Shown: positions 63,604 to 64,000 of the stretch, piece by piece
Layout of the letters: every line of letters starts with the position of its first letter
Numbering within the stretch: position 1 is the first letter of the stretch
Assembly: GCA_043803105.1 (NCBI GenBank)
Contig: JAZDKJ010000006.1
Coordinates: 96,001-160,000, forward strand
Origin: Candidatus Woesearchaeota archaeon
GTDB taxonomy: Archaea > Nanobdellota > Nanobdellia > Woesearchaeales > JAZDKJ01
Length of the DNA stretch: 64,000 nt
Reading direction: 5' to 3'
Notes under the pieces: model-generated
What the model saw: the letters and a program-made list of their open reading frames with translations, nothing else
What the model was told of the DNA's origin: nothing
Databases searched by the model: none
Translations under genes and position numbers: made by a program

Positions 63604-64000
63604 ATGCCTATATTCAGCCTGAAAAAGGAAAAAAAGGACGATGCCAAAGGTTCTGAGGTGCCAGACGAGCTTCCTTCCCTTTCAGAACCTGAGATTTCTC
63701 CCCCTAAACCTCAGGTTAAGCAAGATTCTAAAGTTGGGGTTCAGCCCATTCAGGCCAATCCATTAGTCAAGCCAGTTGAGCCTTCCCCTGAACTTCCAAA
63801 GCTTGAGCCCGAGCCATTTATTCAACAACCCGTTGCTGCACCTGTGGCCACTTTTGTCATGCCTGAGGATCCGGAACCTTCTCAACCAAAAAAATTGATT
63901 GATCACATCAACCTTATCGACAAACTGCGTGGCCAGCTCACTCTAACTGAGTTCGAGATAAACCAATTGGGTAAAATGCTTTCTGACAAGCATCGTTTCC
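63604..64000 (+). CDS. 3'-truncated protein with a Pro/Glu-rich N-terminus (not in the ORF track)
   Basis: Translated by hand: MPIFSLKKEKKDDAKGSEVPDELPSL... stays open to the window end. BRE/TATA-like CAAAACTTTTTAAA at 63560-63573. Confidence 0.7.
   Translation, partial: MPIFSLKKEKKDDAKGSEVPDELPSLSEPEISPPKPQVKQDSKVGVQPIQANPLVKPVEPSPELPKLEPEPFIQQPVAAPVATFVMPEDPEPSQPKKLIDHINLIDKLRGQLTLTEFEINQLGKMLSDKHRF

Noticed and set aside
1-64000. CRISPR array, diversity-generating retroelement, IS element, tRNA or rRNA
   Set aside because: By eye I saw no regularly spaced DNA repeats, reverse transcriptase, transposase or RNA-gene signature. A short tRNA or sRNA could be missed without a covariance search.

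Overview
The window is gene-dense archaeal DNA, most consistent with a DPANN/Woesearchaeota-like genome. This is inferred from BRE+TATA promoters, leaderless starts, several single-domain KaiC-like ATPases, a PGF-pre-PGF domain and heavily N-glycosylated secreted proteins; no marker gene is present. About 40 kb is taken up by three plus-strand surface-protein cassettes, each opened by an HTH gene overlapping the start of a large secreted Ig-repeat protein (~4870, 1523 and 5347 aa) and followed by smaller secreted or anchored partners that share domains. Between cassettes 2 and 3 lies a ~14 kb signalling island. It holds active and degenerate KaiC-like ATPases, an AbrB-like protein, a V4R protein, a B12 radical SAM enzyme paired with a LuxI/FeeM-like acyltransferase, a receiver protein, a dCache histidine kinase, two orphan solute-binding lipoproteins and kinase-less sensors ending in a shared GRELKMIELK tail. 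The most notable leads are: (1) a candidate signal-synthesis and sensing (quorum-sensing-like) module with shared operator-like motifs; (2) a triplicated phage tail-collar/HxH module inside a giant surface protein; (3) evidence that the giant proteins, which lack membrane anchors, assemble through shared docking domains. No rRNA, tRNA, CRISPR array or mobile element was recognised. All family assignments come from motif recognition by eye; no searches were run.
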